From positions 1 to 62,992 of the IMG/VR virus record IMGVR_UViG_3300017700_000894: 62,992 nt of DNA; one strand, 5' to 3'. The position numbers and the translations under genes were made by a program. Shown one piece after another: positions 55,040 to 62,971 of this stretch (position 1 is the first letter of the stretch; each line of letters opens with the position of its first letter). The notes beneath the pieces are model-generated. The model had not been told where the DNA came from and made no database searches. It saw only the letters and a program-made list of their open reading frames with translations. Origin of the DNA: a virus. Lineage: Duplodnaviria > Caudoviricetes.

Positions 55040-55495
55040 TTAGTCCTGCCCGACCGCCTTCCGGCCGGCAATGTATTGCGCTTCGGTCACCGGGTGCGAC
55101 TTCAGCACCCGAATCACGTTGCCCACCTTGTCGGCCTTCTGCCGGGCGGCGTGTTCGGTCGGCCCGCTGTAATATCGGGTTTTCAGCCCGTCGGTGGTTT
55201 CGATGGTGTAGCAGTAATGCTTCACCGTGGCGGTGCGCTTCGCCCGCTTGGCGGATGCCGCCGGGTTCTTCGGTGGCAGGTTTTGCACTGCCCAGGTCGG
55301 GACCAGGGCGGTTTCCCCGGGTTGAATCACCCGGCGTTGCCCGCCCAGGGTGGTGGGCTTCAGCGCCCGGATGCGCACGCGCTTTTCGCAGTTTTGGATC
55401 ACTTCGATTCGCTGGGCTGCTTGGCCTTTGTGCGCGTTCACGCATAGCCAGGCGGTGCGAAGTGCGGGCAGTTTTTCGATGGTGTCAGGTGTCAT
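55040..55495 (-). CDS. Hypothetical basic protein
   Basis: Packed ORF with an ACCACGACA leader. Confidence 0.6.
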   Translation of the reverse strand: MTPDTIEKLPALRTAWLCVNAHKGQAAQRIEVIQNCEKRVRIRALKPTTLGGQRRVIQPGETALVPTWAVQNLPPKNPAASAKRAKRTATVKHYCYTIETTDGLKTRYYSGPTEHAARQKADKVGNVIRVLKSHPVTEAQYIAGRKAVGQD

Positions 55496-56477
55496 TGTCG
55501 TGGTTGGTTGGTAGTTCAGAAGTCGATGGCTGCAAGCGCTTCTTCAACGAAGAGCGCTGCAAGCGGCGGCACAATCGCATTGCCATATCCCCGCAAAAGC
55601 CCCACCCGGCCGGATACCCCATCAGCCAACGGGAAAATTCCGGGTTCAACACGCCGCGCTTTCCCGTCGGCGCATCGGAGCAGTTTGGCATTGCCCCAAG
55701 CGCTTGCTCGCTCAGGGGTCGGCAGTTGTGGGTCAGCGGTTCGCCCCCCGTCTTGCCGCTTTTGTAGTCCCTCGCCTGGGGTGATTGCCACCCGGCCACG
55801 GTCGCCGTTTGCTGGGTCAGGCTGTTGCCCGTCATCCCCGCCGTCTTCACTCCCCCCCGCACCCCGTCCCCCGCGCTGGGCGTGATCCAGCCCACCAGAT
55901 CGGGCACGTTCTGGGGTGTCGTTCTGGGGCGCTCCCCGCCGTGGTTCTTCCCCCGGTTGGTTCCGTTGTTCGGTCCATCGCACGCTTGCGGCGTCGGCCA
56001 GCCCGCCAGCCCCACCGTTTCGGAAAGCCCCATCATCCCCGGGCGTGGCGACACTTCCCCGCCTTTGATCGCATCGGTTGCCGTGGGCGTGGGCCACCCA
56101 GAAGATTCGCTGGCGGATGTGGGGTGCCCCGACGCACGCAGCGCACAAATCGGCCCCCCCGACTTCATAGCCCATTCCTTCCAGGTCAGTGCGTATTCCA
56201 GCGAACCAGTCCCGCCCAGCCTTTGATGCAACTTGTTCGCCAAACGCGATTGCAGGCCGGCGGGCTGCCACAAGTCGGGAAAAGACTGGCCAAAGGTGCC
56301 GGTCGTCGTCGGTGCCTTTGCCCTTGCCGGCGTTGCTGAATGGCTGGCATGGGCAGCTGGCGGTCCAGATTTCGCGGGAAGGGCAAACCCCGGCAAGAGT
56401 GAGGGCAAGTGGCCACCCGCCGATTCCAGCGAAGAAGTGGCACTGGCGGAAGTTTCGCAGGTCGGCAGGTGTGACAT
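55485..56477 (-). CDS. Alternative-frame beta subunit of the C5 methyltransferase (TRD repeats plus motif IX)
   Basis: Four GW(P/I/Q)(T/S)P repeats and LNPEFSRWLMGYP; overlaps the alpha ORF; start uncertain (56504, 56477 or 56168). Confidence 0.7.
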   Translation of the reverse strand: MSHLPTCETSASATSSLESAGGHLPSLLPGFALPAKSGPPAAHASHSATPARAKAPTTTGTFGQSFPDLWQPAGLQSRLANKLHQRLGGTGSLEYALTWKEWAMKSGGPICALRASGHPTSASESSGWPTPTATDAIKGGEVSPRPGMMGLSETVGLAGWPTPQACDGPNNGTNRGKNHGGERPRTTPQNVPDLVGWITPSAGDGVRGGVKTAGMTGNSLTQQTATVAGWQSPQARDYKSGKTGGEPLTHNCRPLSEQALGAMPNCSDAPTGKRGVLNPEFSRWLMGYPAGWGFCGDMAMRLCRRLQRSSLKKRLQPSTSELPTNHDNDT

Positions 56478-56583
56478 CGTGAATTGATCGTGGGTCGACT
56501 TCACCGAAGGGGATCAGGTTCGCGGCAATCAGCTGGCGCAACCATTCCGCGGCCTTCGGGTCGTTCTCGTTGTAATAGTTCAA
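55516..56583 (-). CDS. DNA (cytosine-5) methyltransferase, alpha subunit
   Basis: FFAGIGG (I), CPCQPFS (IV), EQV (VI), HIRQRIF (VIII), YGNAIV (X). Confidence 0.92.
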   Translation of the reverse strand: MNYYNENDPKAAEWLRQLIAANLIPFGEVDPRSIHDVTPADLRNFRQCHFFAGIGGWPLALTLAGVCPSREIWTASCPCQPFSNAGKGKGTDDDRHLWPVFSRLVAARRPAIAFGEQVASKAGRDWFAGIRTDLEGMGYEVGGADLCAACVGAPHIRQRIFWVAHAHGNRCDQRRGSVATPGDDGAFRNGGAGGLADAASVRWTEQRNQPGEEPRRGAPQNDTPERARSGGLDHAQRGGRGAGGSEDGGDDGQQPDPANGDRGRVAITPGEGLQKRQDGGRTADPQLPTPERASAWGNAKLLRCADGKARRVEPGIFPLADGVSGRVGLLRGYGNAIVPPLAALFVEEALAAIDF

Positions 56584-57116
56584 AGCAGGGTCGGTTGGGA
56601 GTCCAGCGCACCTTCATCGATCGCCGCGCTTTCCGCCCAGGTTTCGAAGGTGTCCGGGGTGATCATGCAGCGGTCGTTGTAATGGTAATACCCGCAGGCC
56701 GGGCACTTCGCGAATTCGTAAATCAGCGCGGTGGCCTTGTGCTTGTCGGCCTGCCAAAGGTTCAGGATGCTTTCCTGCGGATGCCCGCACTGCTTGCACG
56801 GTTGCCCATGGATTTGCTTCTGGGAAAGCAGGAAGGCCAGCGCGGTTCCGTGGCAAAGCCCGGGCACGCACCAGCAAAGGAGGTTTTCCCCCCGCAGGGT
56901 TTCCAGGTCGAATCGCAGCTGGTGGTCCATCAGCTTCAGCACGAATTGCCACACCACCACCCGGCGGCGTTCCGGTGAATCGGTGCCGACGGTGAAGGGA
57001 TTCGCCCAGCGCGAGCACGGGCGGCCGGCCCATTCCCGGCCGATATAAACCCCGGGAAGGTCGGGGAATTTCGCCGTGTTGACCACGGTTGCCGTTGGCA
57101 AAAACAATTTCGCCAT
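56580..57116 (-). CDS. DUF4326-like protein
   Basis: VYIGR...WANPF...LRGENLLCWC.P..CHG. Confidence 0.8.
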   Translation of the reverse strand: MAKLFLPTATVVNTAKFPDLPGVYIGREWAGRPCSRWANPFTVGTDSPERRRVVVWQFVLKLMDHQLRFDLETLRGENLLCWCVPGLCHGTALAFLLSQKQIHGQPCKQCGHPQESILNLWQADKHKATALIYEFAKCPACGYYHYNDRCMITPDTFETWAESAAIDEGALDSQPTLL

Positions 57117-57119
57117 GGC

Positions 57120-58082
57120 TCAGCGGGTCAGAAGGGCTTGGAATTCGGCCACGTATTGTTCAGCCCGGGCCTGCAATTCTTCCATGGTCTGGTGGTCGTT
57201 TGGTCCGTCCCAGTCTTCCCCGTCGGGGATGATCCCGCCCCCCATGCCGAAGTCTCCACAAGGGTTTCGGTCGATCAGGAAAAGGCAAATGGTGGTGCCG
57301 TTCAGATACCCGCGCCACCGCGCTGGGTCGTTCGGGCTGGCGCTCCACACGATGCGCTTTTGTTCCTTCACCGGTTGCGGTTGCCGGCAGTTTGCGCACC
57401 ACGCCTTGCCGCTGGAATCGGTGAAGTAGTGGTGGGGAAACTTCCACTGGGTGGCTGGGCAGAAGTCAGCCGGGCCGGTCATTGATCCTTCGCCTTCGGT
57501 TGCCGGCGGTTTTATTGGTCGCGTGCCGTTTTCCCATTCTGCCGCAACCACCCCGGCGGATGGTCCCCAGGTTGGGATGATTTCCGCCTTTGCGCTGGGC
57601 GGGTCCAGGGGTGTCCTGTATTCCACCCCGGCCACGGCGGCAATGTATTCGGGTTCTCCGAGCACGGGCTTGGCTGCCCGCGGGGTGGTGCCGACCATTT
57701 CCGCTTGGTGGTGGGCATCGGCTTCGGCAAGGCGTTGCTTCACGGCGTCGCTGATTTCGGCCAGGGGTTGGGGCAGGATGAAGCCGGCAGTTTCCGCTTG
57801 CTGGCGGATTTCGGCTTTGGCCTGGGCGGCCTGGGCTTCTTCCCCCCGGGTCACGAAGATGTGCGGGGGCAGGCGTCGAAGCACGTTCAAGATGTGAACG
57901 ATTGCGGCGGCGGTGTTGCCTTCGACGTTTTTCACGGCGGCGGCGTGGATTTCTTCGGCGGTGGTCATGGTGGTGGTCGTTTTTGGTTTTGCGGCTGCGG
58001 CCGCGCGGTTCAGAAGGGTGATGGTGTCCGGGTGCAGGCCGGGCAGCTTTTTCAATTGCTCGATTTCTTCGGCCAGGGTCAT
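57120..58082 (-). CDS. Hypothetical protein
   Basis: ORF with a CANC motif; possible internal start at 57968. Confidence 0.6.
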   Translation of the reverse strand: MTLAEEIEQLKKLPGLHPDTITLLNRAAAAAKPKTTTTMTTAEEIHAAAVKNVEGNTAAAIVHILNVLRRLPPHIFVTRGEEAQAAQAKAEIRQQAETAGFILPQPLAEISDAVKQRLAEADAHHQAEMVGTTPRAAKPVLGEPEYIAAVAGVEYRTPLDPPSAKAEIIPTWGPSAGVVAAEWENGTRPIKPPATEGEGSMTGPADFCPATQWKFPHHYFTDSSGKAWCANCRQPQPVKEQKRIVWSASPNDPARWRGYLNGTTICLFLIDRNPCGDFGMGGGIIPDGEDWDGPNDHQTMEELQARAEQYVAEFQALLTR

Positions 58083-58672
58083 AGAAGTTTCGGGTTGGTG
58101 GCGTTCTGGTGGATAGCTTGGCGCATGTGGGAATATTGGGCCAGCCCGGTTCCGTCGCATGAATCTGCCCCCATGTCTTGGAAGTATTCGAACCTTCCCG
58201 GGGTGTTCACTCTTCCGATGTGCACCCACTTGCCCATGGCTTTGGCAGCCTTCACGCATGCGGCGGCGTGGGGGCTGATCTTCCAGGCGGTGCTTCCCCC
58301 GATGAAGAGCGCGGTGCATTCGTCCCAGGGGATCGGGTGGGCTTCGATGCCGTCCTGGGCGACGAAGGCGCGGGGCCAGTTTTGCAGTTGGGGGGCCCAG
58401 TGCTTCCACACTTCCAGCGTGCGGATCGCGCTTCCCACCACGTCGGGCACTGCCACGAAGCGGCACTGGTCGATGGCATCGGCGTGCTTGCTCAGCAGTC
58501 GAAGGAATCCGGCGGGGTCGAAGTTTGCGAATGCCCCGTTGTCGATGGCAAAGGGCGCGTCGGGGTTTTGGCGTTTGCGCCTGGTCAGGGGTGTCAGCAG
58601 TTGTTCCACCTTTGTGCCCAGTTCGGCCGCGCATTCCCCCAGGTCGTTCGGGGTGTCGAGTAGAACGATCAT
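58079..58672 (-). CDS. tRNA-guanine transglycosylase/DpdA-like TIM-barrel protein
   Basis: IDNGAF, VPDVVG, AFVAQDG, LFIGGS, WVHIGRVN, DSCDGT. Confidence 0.55.
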   Translation of the reverse strand: MIVLLDTPNDLGECAAELGTKVEQLLTPLTRRKRQNPDAPFAIDNGAFANFDPAGFLRLLSKHADAIDQCRFVAVPDVVGSAIRTLEVWKHWAPQLQNWPRAFVAQDGIEAHPIPWDECTALFIGGSTAWKISPHAAACVKAAKAMGKWVHIGRVNTPGRFEYFQDMGADSCDGTGLAQYSHMRQAIHQNATNPKLL

Positions 58673-58899
58673 TTGTCTGGGTGGTGTTTCAGCAAATAGG
58701 CTTTGGCTTCGGCTTTGGCGGTCGGCAATTCGGTGCAGGTCGGGAAGTTGTTCTTTCCGCACCCGTACCAGAACCAGCCGGATTTCGTGCGCTGGCAAAC
58801 CATCAGTGTTCTGCCGTCCCGCCGCAGTTCCCAAAGTTCAGGCTTCCCCGGCAGCCCGTTGCCGCGAAGGTGCACCCAGCGAAGGGGTGGCGTTTTCAA
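58669..58899 (-). CDS. Hypothetical protein
   Basis: 4-nt overlaps on both sides. Confidence 0.55.
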   Translation of the reverse strand: MKTPPLRWVHLRGNGLPGKPELWELRRDGRTLMVCQRTKSGWFWYGCGKNNFPTCTELPTAKAEAKAYLLKHHPDK

Positions 58900-59219
58900 A
58901 GCAATTCCCCCTGCTTGGTGTTGCGCGCGTAAAGGCCGACCAGTTGCCGCAGCTGGCCCACGGTCAGATCCAGGCGCGGGGCGCTGGGGATGGTCATCAG
59001 GTTTTCGTCGTCGCTGATGTCGGGGTGAATTCGCCGCACGAAGGCTTCCAGCGGCAGGATGCGGTCGCGGAAGTCGGTCAGCAGTGCGGCAATGTCTGCC
59101 ATGGCGGCAATTCCGGCGTCGGCTTCCTTCTGGGTCATCGCCCCGCGTTCGACGGCGCGGGCATAGACTCTTCGGCGCATGACGGTTTCGCGGGTGGCTG
59201 CTTCAATTAGGTGGTGCAT
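58896..59219 (-). CDS. Hypothetical protein
   Basis: RE..MRRRVY...V..G.MT...A motif; ends QGELL. Confidence 0.65.
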   Translation of the reverse strand: MHHLIEAATRETVMRRRVYARAVERGAMTQKEADAGIAAMADIAALLTDFRDRILPLEAFVRRIHPDISDDENLMTIPSAPRLDLTVGQLRQLVGLYARNTKQGELL

Positions 59220-59565
59220 GTCGTGGTGGGGTGAAATCGGAAAGTTCGGATCGGTGATACCAGCGTGCCTTCACCTTCCAGGTGTAAGCTTTGAATTTGC
59301 AGAAGTTGCCATCTTCGGCCAGCACTTCGCCATCCCATCGGCGGGGCACTTGGCCTTTGAATTTCGTGGCTGGGGCGGTGCAGCGGAATCCGACAAGGCT
59401 GCCGGTCGGCTTGGCGTCGTTCACCATCACCAGCAGGTCGCGCGGGTGCTTGGCAAAGAAGGCCGGCGGTTTCCAGCCCGGCAGCATGATCACCGCCGTG
59501 CCTTCCGCATCGGTCAGGACGGCTTGCACCTTCCCCGACCGCATCAGCCATTCCTTCGCGGTCAT
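59203..59565 (-). CDS. Hypothetical protein
   Basis: Packed ORF. Confidence 0.55.
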   Translation of the reverse strand: MTAKEWLMRSGKVQAVLTDAEGTAVIMLPGWKPPAFFAKHPRDLLVMVNDAKPTGSLVGFRCTAPATKFKGQVPRRWDGEVLAEDGNFCKFKAYTWKVKARWYHRSELSDFTPPRHAPPN

Positions 59566-59771
59566 GGCTTCGGCCTGAGTGTATAGCCCCGCCAGTCTTC
59601 CCGGTATCGTTCCACCAGTTCAGCTTTTTCCAGTGCACGGGCTTGGTTGCTGCACCGCTTCATGGTGTCGGTTCGAAAATACCAATAAGAACCGCCGTTG
59701 CGCATGAAGATCACGCGGGTGCCGGCGCGCATGGCGTCCAAAAGTTCTTGCTGGGGCGGGGTCAGTTTCAT
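59562..59771 (-). CDS. Hypothetical protein
   Basis: MKLTPPQQELL; ATGA overlaps. Confidence 0.6.
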   Translation of the reverse strand: MKLTPPQQELLDAMRAGTRVIFMRNGGSYWYFRTDTMKRCSNQARALEKAELVERYREDWRGYTLRPKP

Positions 59772-59971
59772 GGCGTCCACAAGGCGGGATGGAAGTCGAC
59801 ATCCCACACGTTGAAGGTTTCGGTTCGGTTCGCGAGAAAAACCACCTGCCCGCGGAGAGTCGCCAGGAAAACCCCCACCACGTCGTCGGTGGCAATCGTG
59901 AAGATTTCCGCCGTTCGCAGCTGGTCCAGCATCTTGTGCACCTGGGGGGCGGTCAGGCGGGCGCGGGTCAT
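59768..59971 (-). CDS. Hypothetical protein
   Basis: ATGA overlaps. Confidence 0.55.
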   Translation of the reverse strand: MTRARLTAPQVHKMLDQLRTAEIFTIATDDVVGVFLATLRGQVVFLANRTETFNVWDVDFHPALWTP

Positions 59972-60807
59972 GCCACGGGTCGGCTGTTCAGCACGCGGTT
60001 GAATTGCTCTTCCGACACGATCCCAGATTGCCGGTTTTGGATCAGTTGCCAAAGTTCTGAAAGTGTCCAGGGCTTCGGCTTCGGCGTCGGCCAGCCTTTG
60101 CGATAGCCCGCCAGTTCAGCTTCGGCAATCGCCAGCTTCGCAAGCGCGGCGTGCTTTGCTTCGGCTTCCTTGGCTGCTTGCTGCACTGCCGTTGCCAGCG
60201 CTGTCGTGGCATCGGTCAGTTGTTTTTCCGTTCCGTGTCGAACCGCCTGTTGGTATTCGGCATTATGCAGCGCGGCGGCCTTTTCGGCCACTTCCTTGGT
60301 CAGCTGGGCTTTCCGGTCGGCCAGTTCGGTGCGGAATTGATCGCGCTGGGCGCTCACGTCCTTCAGGGCTTCCCGGCTGCCGTCGCGTTCCTTCCGCAAG
60401 CGTGTGATGATTTCGCCCCGCTCGCCCGTTTGCTTCCGAAGGGCGGCGCACGTGGCCCGCAGGTCGGCAATCAGCGCATGCAGCATCTTCGGCGGCATAA
60501 GTTTTTCCGGCAGCCCGTGGTCGGGCACCTGCACTTCGGGATCGTCGAAGCCGGATTCGATGCCCATGGCTTTCTTCAGCACTTCGGCCTGGGCATCGGT
60601 CAGCTTCAGTATCATCAGCGGTTGCAGCGTCGCCAGTGCGGCAATCTTCGCTTCGTGGGCGGCGTCGGCGTCAAGTTCGCGCTTCAGCGCAGCCGCCAGC
60701 CCGGCGTTGAAGCCGGCGGTGAAGTTGCAGCAGGGCCATTTTGCGTGTTCGTTGCCAGTGTGCTTTTGCCAAGCGGCAACGATTTCGGGATGTGGTTCGG
60801 TTGTCAT
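59968..60807 (-). CDS. Coiled-coil protein
   Basis: Long Ala/Glu/Lys helical region. Confidence 0.65.
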   Translation of the reverse strand: MTTEPHPEIVAAWQKHTGNEHAKWPCCNFTAGFNAGLAAALKRELDADAAHEAKIAALATLQPLMILKLTDAQAEVLKKAMGIESGFDDPEVQVPDHGLPEKLMPPKMLHALIADLRATCAALRKQTGERGEIITRLRKERDGSREALKDVSAQRDQFRTELADRKAQLTKEVAEKAAALHNAEYQQAVRHGTEKQLTDATTALATAVQQAAKEAEAKHAALAKLAIAEAELAGYRKGWPTPKPKPWTLSELWQLIQNRQSGIVSEEQFNRVLNSRPVA

Positions 60808-61076
60808 GGTTGTGTGGCTTCGTGGAAGTGTTGGTTGCAGAAGTTTTTGCCTTGAAGGCGGTTCGGTCCCCGGCTGGCGCATCCGTCCCAGTCGCAGGGT
60901 GGCCCGAAAAGTGGCGGCAGCGGGTCGGGCATGACCGGCGGCGTGCGCTTCCCCCGCGGCATGATCAGCAGAATGCCGGCAATGAAGTCGGCAAGGTCGT
61001 GGTCGGGCGTGTTGGTCAGTGCGTCGAAGCCGTGGCAGTTCAGCAGGCTGGCCAGTTCTCTTTTGAAGTCCTTCAT
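60804..61076 (-). CDS. Hypothetical protein
   Basis: ELASLLN...NTPD..LA; C-terminal C..C...C..H. Confidence 0.65.
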   Translation of the reverse strand: MKDFKRELASLLNCHGFDALTNTPDHDLADFIAGILLIMPRGKRTPPVMPDPLPPLFGPPCDWDGCASRGPNRLQGKNFCNQHFHEATQP

Positions 61077-61501
61077 GGTCGTGCGTTTCCGGCAATCCAA
61101 AGCCCCAGGCTGCCGCGTTTGGGTTCCGGCGTGATGCGCACCGGATCGCGTAGTTTCCAGGCCACGCTTCCCGTCCACCAAATGGATGCGGAAACGTGCG
61201 TGCAGTCGATCAGTTCGACGTGGCCAATGATCGCCCCCAGGGTCGGCGTGGCGGCGGCCTTCATCTCTTCAAACTTCGTCCTGGGCAGGTTGCGGAAAGC
61301 CCATTCCCATGCCCCGCGGTCTTCGGTCTTGCTGGCGTGGATGTAAAGCCGGCCACGGTAGGGCGTGGCCCACGTGCGGTTCTCCACATCCTTGTGCCCG
61401 TCCAGAATCCAGTCGGCCCACGGTTGCTTCACGGAAAGCACCGTGCGCCCATCCCAGGCCGGCGGCATCGGCGTGCCGGGGCATTCATCGCAGGGTTTCA
61501 T
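61073..61501 (-). CDS. ASCH domain protein
   Basis: LSVKQPWA..I..GHKDVENRTW.T.YRG.LYIHAS; GSLGLW. Confidence 0.9.
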   Translation of the reverse strand: MKPCDECPGTPMPPAWDGRTVLSVKQPWADWILDGHKDVENRTWATPYRGRLYIHASKTEDRGAWEWAFRNLPRTKFEEMKAAATPTLGAIIGHVELIDCTHVSASIWWTGSVAWKLRDPVRITPEPKRGSLGLWIAGNARP

Positions 61502-61854
61502 CAGTTTAGGTTTTCGATTTGAATCACCGGGGCTTGCGGATTTACCCGCTTCCCCTCACTTACGAAGGATGTCACGAAGATGTCGGCAAGGGCGGCGGCA
61601 AGTGCCATGTCCGGGCATTCAATCATGGCAATGGCAATGCCGCGTTTCGGTGTCCTGACCACTGCCATTGCCCCCTTCGGATCGGGAATGGCGGCAATCA
61701 CGCAACCGTTTTCCGGCACGCTTAAAAGCACGTGTCGAAGGTGTGGGCTTCCTGCAATCAGGGCGGTGTGCTCGCTTGCATCGGTCCAGCGAATGGTGGC
61801 GTTTGCCTTTGCCATCACTGCATGCAGCACTTCGGGAAATGGGGGCATGCTCAT
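61501..61854 (-). CDS. Hypothetical protein
   Basis: Packed ORF. Confidence 0.55.
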   Translation of the reverse strand: MSMPPFPEVLHAVMAKANATIRWTDASEHTALIAGSPHLRHVLLSVPENGCVIAAIPDPKGAMAVVRTPKRGIAIAMIECPDMALAAALADIFVTSFVSEGKRVNPQAPVIQIENLN

Positions 61855-62315
61855 TCGATTTCGAAGAGTTTCCCCCCCAGGTTTTTGGCTGCTTTCAAGG
61901 CGGCGCGGAAGGCGTCGCGGTTGCTGGTGGCGTGAATCAGCTGTTCATGCACCACCCCGTCCACGTCTATGCGGGCAATAAACTTGTCCCCTTCCCGGTC
62001 GGTCTTTCCTTCCACGTCCACGCCGGGCGTGGGCGCGAGGCGCAAGAACGTGTTGCCGGCACTGGTCACGTTGAAGGTCGCCCCCATCAGCGCGAATTGA
62101 TCGCCCGCCTTCCACACGATGGTGGGCGCGTCCAGTCGCCGCAGCACCACTTCCCGCCGGCTGATTCGGTGGATTTCAAAGTGGTTGTCGCCGGCAATGA
62201 TCGGCTGCCCGATATAAATCACGATGCCTTGCCTTTCCCTCGGCAGTGCGCGGTCGCGGGCTTCCTGGGTCGTGTCGTCAATGGGGATGATGTCCCCGGT
62301 TAGGGTGTCTTGCAT
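61851..62315 (-). CDS. Hypothetical protein
   Basis: MQDTLTG; duplicated (G.Q/P.I/F) beta motif. Confidence 0.6.
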   Translation of the reverse strand: MQDTLTGDIIPIDDTTQEARDRALPRERQGIVIYIGQPIIAGDNHFEIHRISRREVVLRRLDAPTIVWKAGDQFALMGATFNVTSAGNTFLRLAPTPGVDVEGKTDREGDKFIARIDVDGVVHEQLIHATSNRDAFRAALKAAKNLGGKLFEIE

Positions 62316-62566
62316 GGTTTGGTTTTGTGAAGGTCTTCCAGCGCGTCGCGAAGCACGTTCATGGCTTCGGCTTGGATCGGCCGGCCGCCAAACCACCCGT
62401 CAACGGTGCGGCGGTTGCGGTTGGTGCGGGCTGCCAAGTAATCGCGGTTCCAGCCCAGCAGTGCGGTCACGGCTTCAAGGCCGGCCACGCTGTCGACTTT
62501 CTTGCCGTCTTGGATGAAGACGGGCATGCCATAGGTCTGGAAGCGGGTGGTGGTGATTTTGATCAT
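62300..62566 (-). CDS. XRE/Cro-like HTH protein
   Basis: LGWNRDYLAARTNRNRRTVDGWFGGRP. Confidence 0.7.
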   Translation of the reverse strand: MIKITTTRFQTYGMPVFIQDGKKVDSVAGLEAVTALLGWNRDYLAARTNRNRRTVDGWFGGRPIQAEAMNVLRDALEDLHKTKPCKTP

Positions 62567-62760
62567 TTCAAGGTGTACGTGTGAAGCACTTGCTGCCCGT
62601 ATGGGCGCATTTGCATGGTTTGGTGGTCGGTGCCGAAGGTGGCAACCCAGCGGTTGTTCCCGTCCATAATGTCGCGGTTCCAGTCCAGGTTTTGAACCGG
62701 GATGGTCTGAATGGCGGCCAGCACGGGGCGGGTCCAAAGGGTGAAGGCTGATCGTTTCAT
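62563..62760 (-). CDS. Hypothetical protein
   Basis: ACCACG leader; ATGA overlap. Confidence 0.6.
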   Translation of the reverse strand: MKRSAFTLWTRPVLAAIQTIPVQNLDWNRDIMDGNNRWVATFGTDHQTMQMRPYGQQVLHTYTLK

Positions 62761-62782
62761 GGTCGTGGTCGTGTTGGTTGTG

Positions 62783-62798
62783 GGGGCAAATTTACCCC
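62783..62798 (+). repeat. Degenerate copy 8 of the dispersed element
   Basis: GGGGCAAATTTACCCC (1 mismatch); box A is degenerate and closer. Confidence 0.6.
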
Positions 62799-62971
62799 CG
62801 GGGGTTTTGCGCGGCAGTGCGCATTGAATCGGCAATGGCGGCGGCAACGCGTTCGTCTGAAGCGGCGGCGGCAAGCATGGCGCGAACGAGCACGTTCGCC
62901 TGGTCGATGAAGGAAGGCTGGGCAACGCGGAGGCGGCGCAAGCTTTCGGCAATGTCGTCTTGGTGTGTCAT
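62792..62971 (-). CDS. Small hypothetical early protein (5' part duplicated at 1-102)
   Basis: MTHQDDIAESLRRLR...; first ORF after the promoter at 120-149. Confidence 0.6.
   Translation of the reverse strand: MTHQDDIAESLRRLRVAQPSFIDQANVLVRAMLAAAASDERVAAAIADSMRTAAQNPRG

Noticed and set aside
55485-56583. MTase double frame as a sequencing frameshift or pseudogene
   Set aside because: Both frames stay open for ~1 kb and frame A has both N-terminal motifs and motif X; a single indel cannot produce this
5598-62798. GGGGCAAATTTGCCCC copies as a CRISPR array or as terminators
   Set aside because: The copies are kilobases apart with no spacer periodicity and no cas genes; there is no loop or U-tract, and several are intragenic
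150-62971. Alternative genetic code or stop-codon reassignment
   Set aside because: Core genes are full length under code 11 and tightly packed with ATGA overlaps
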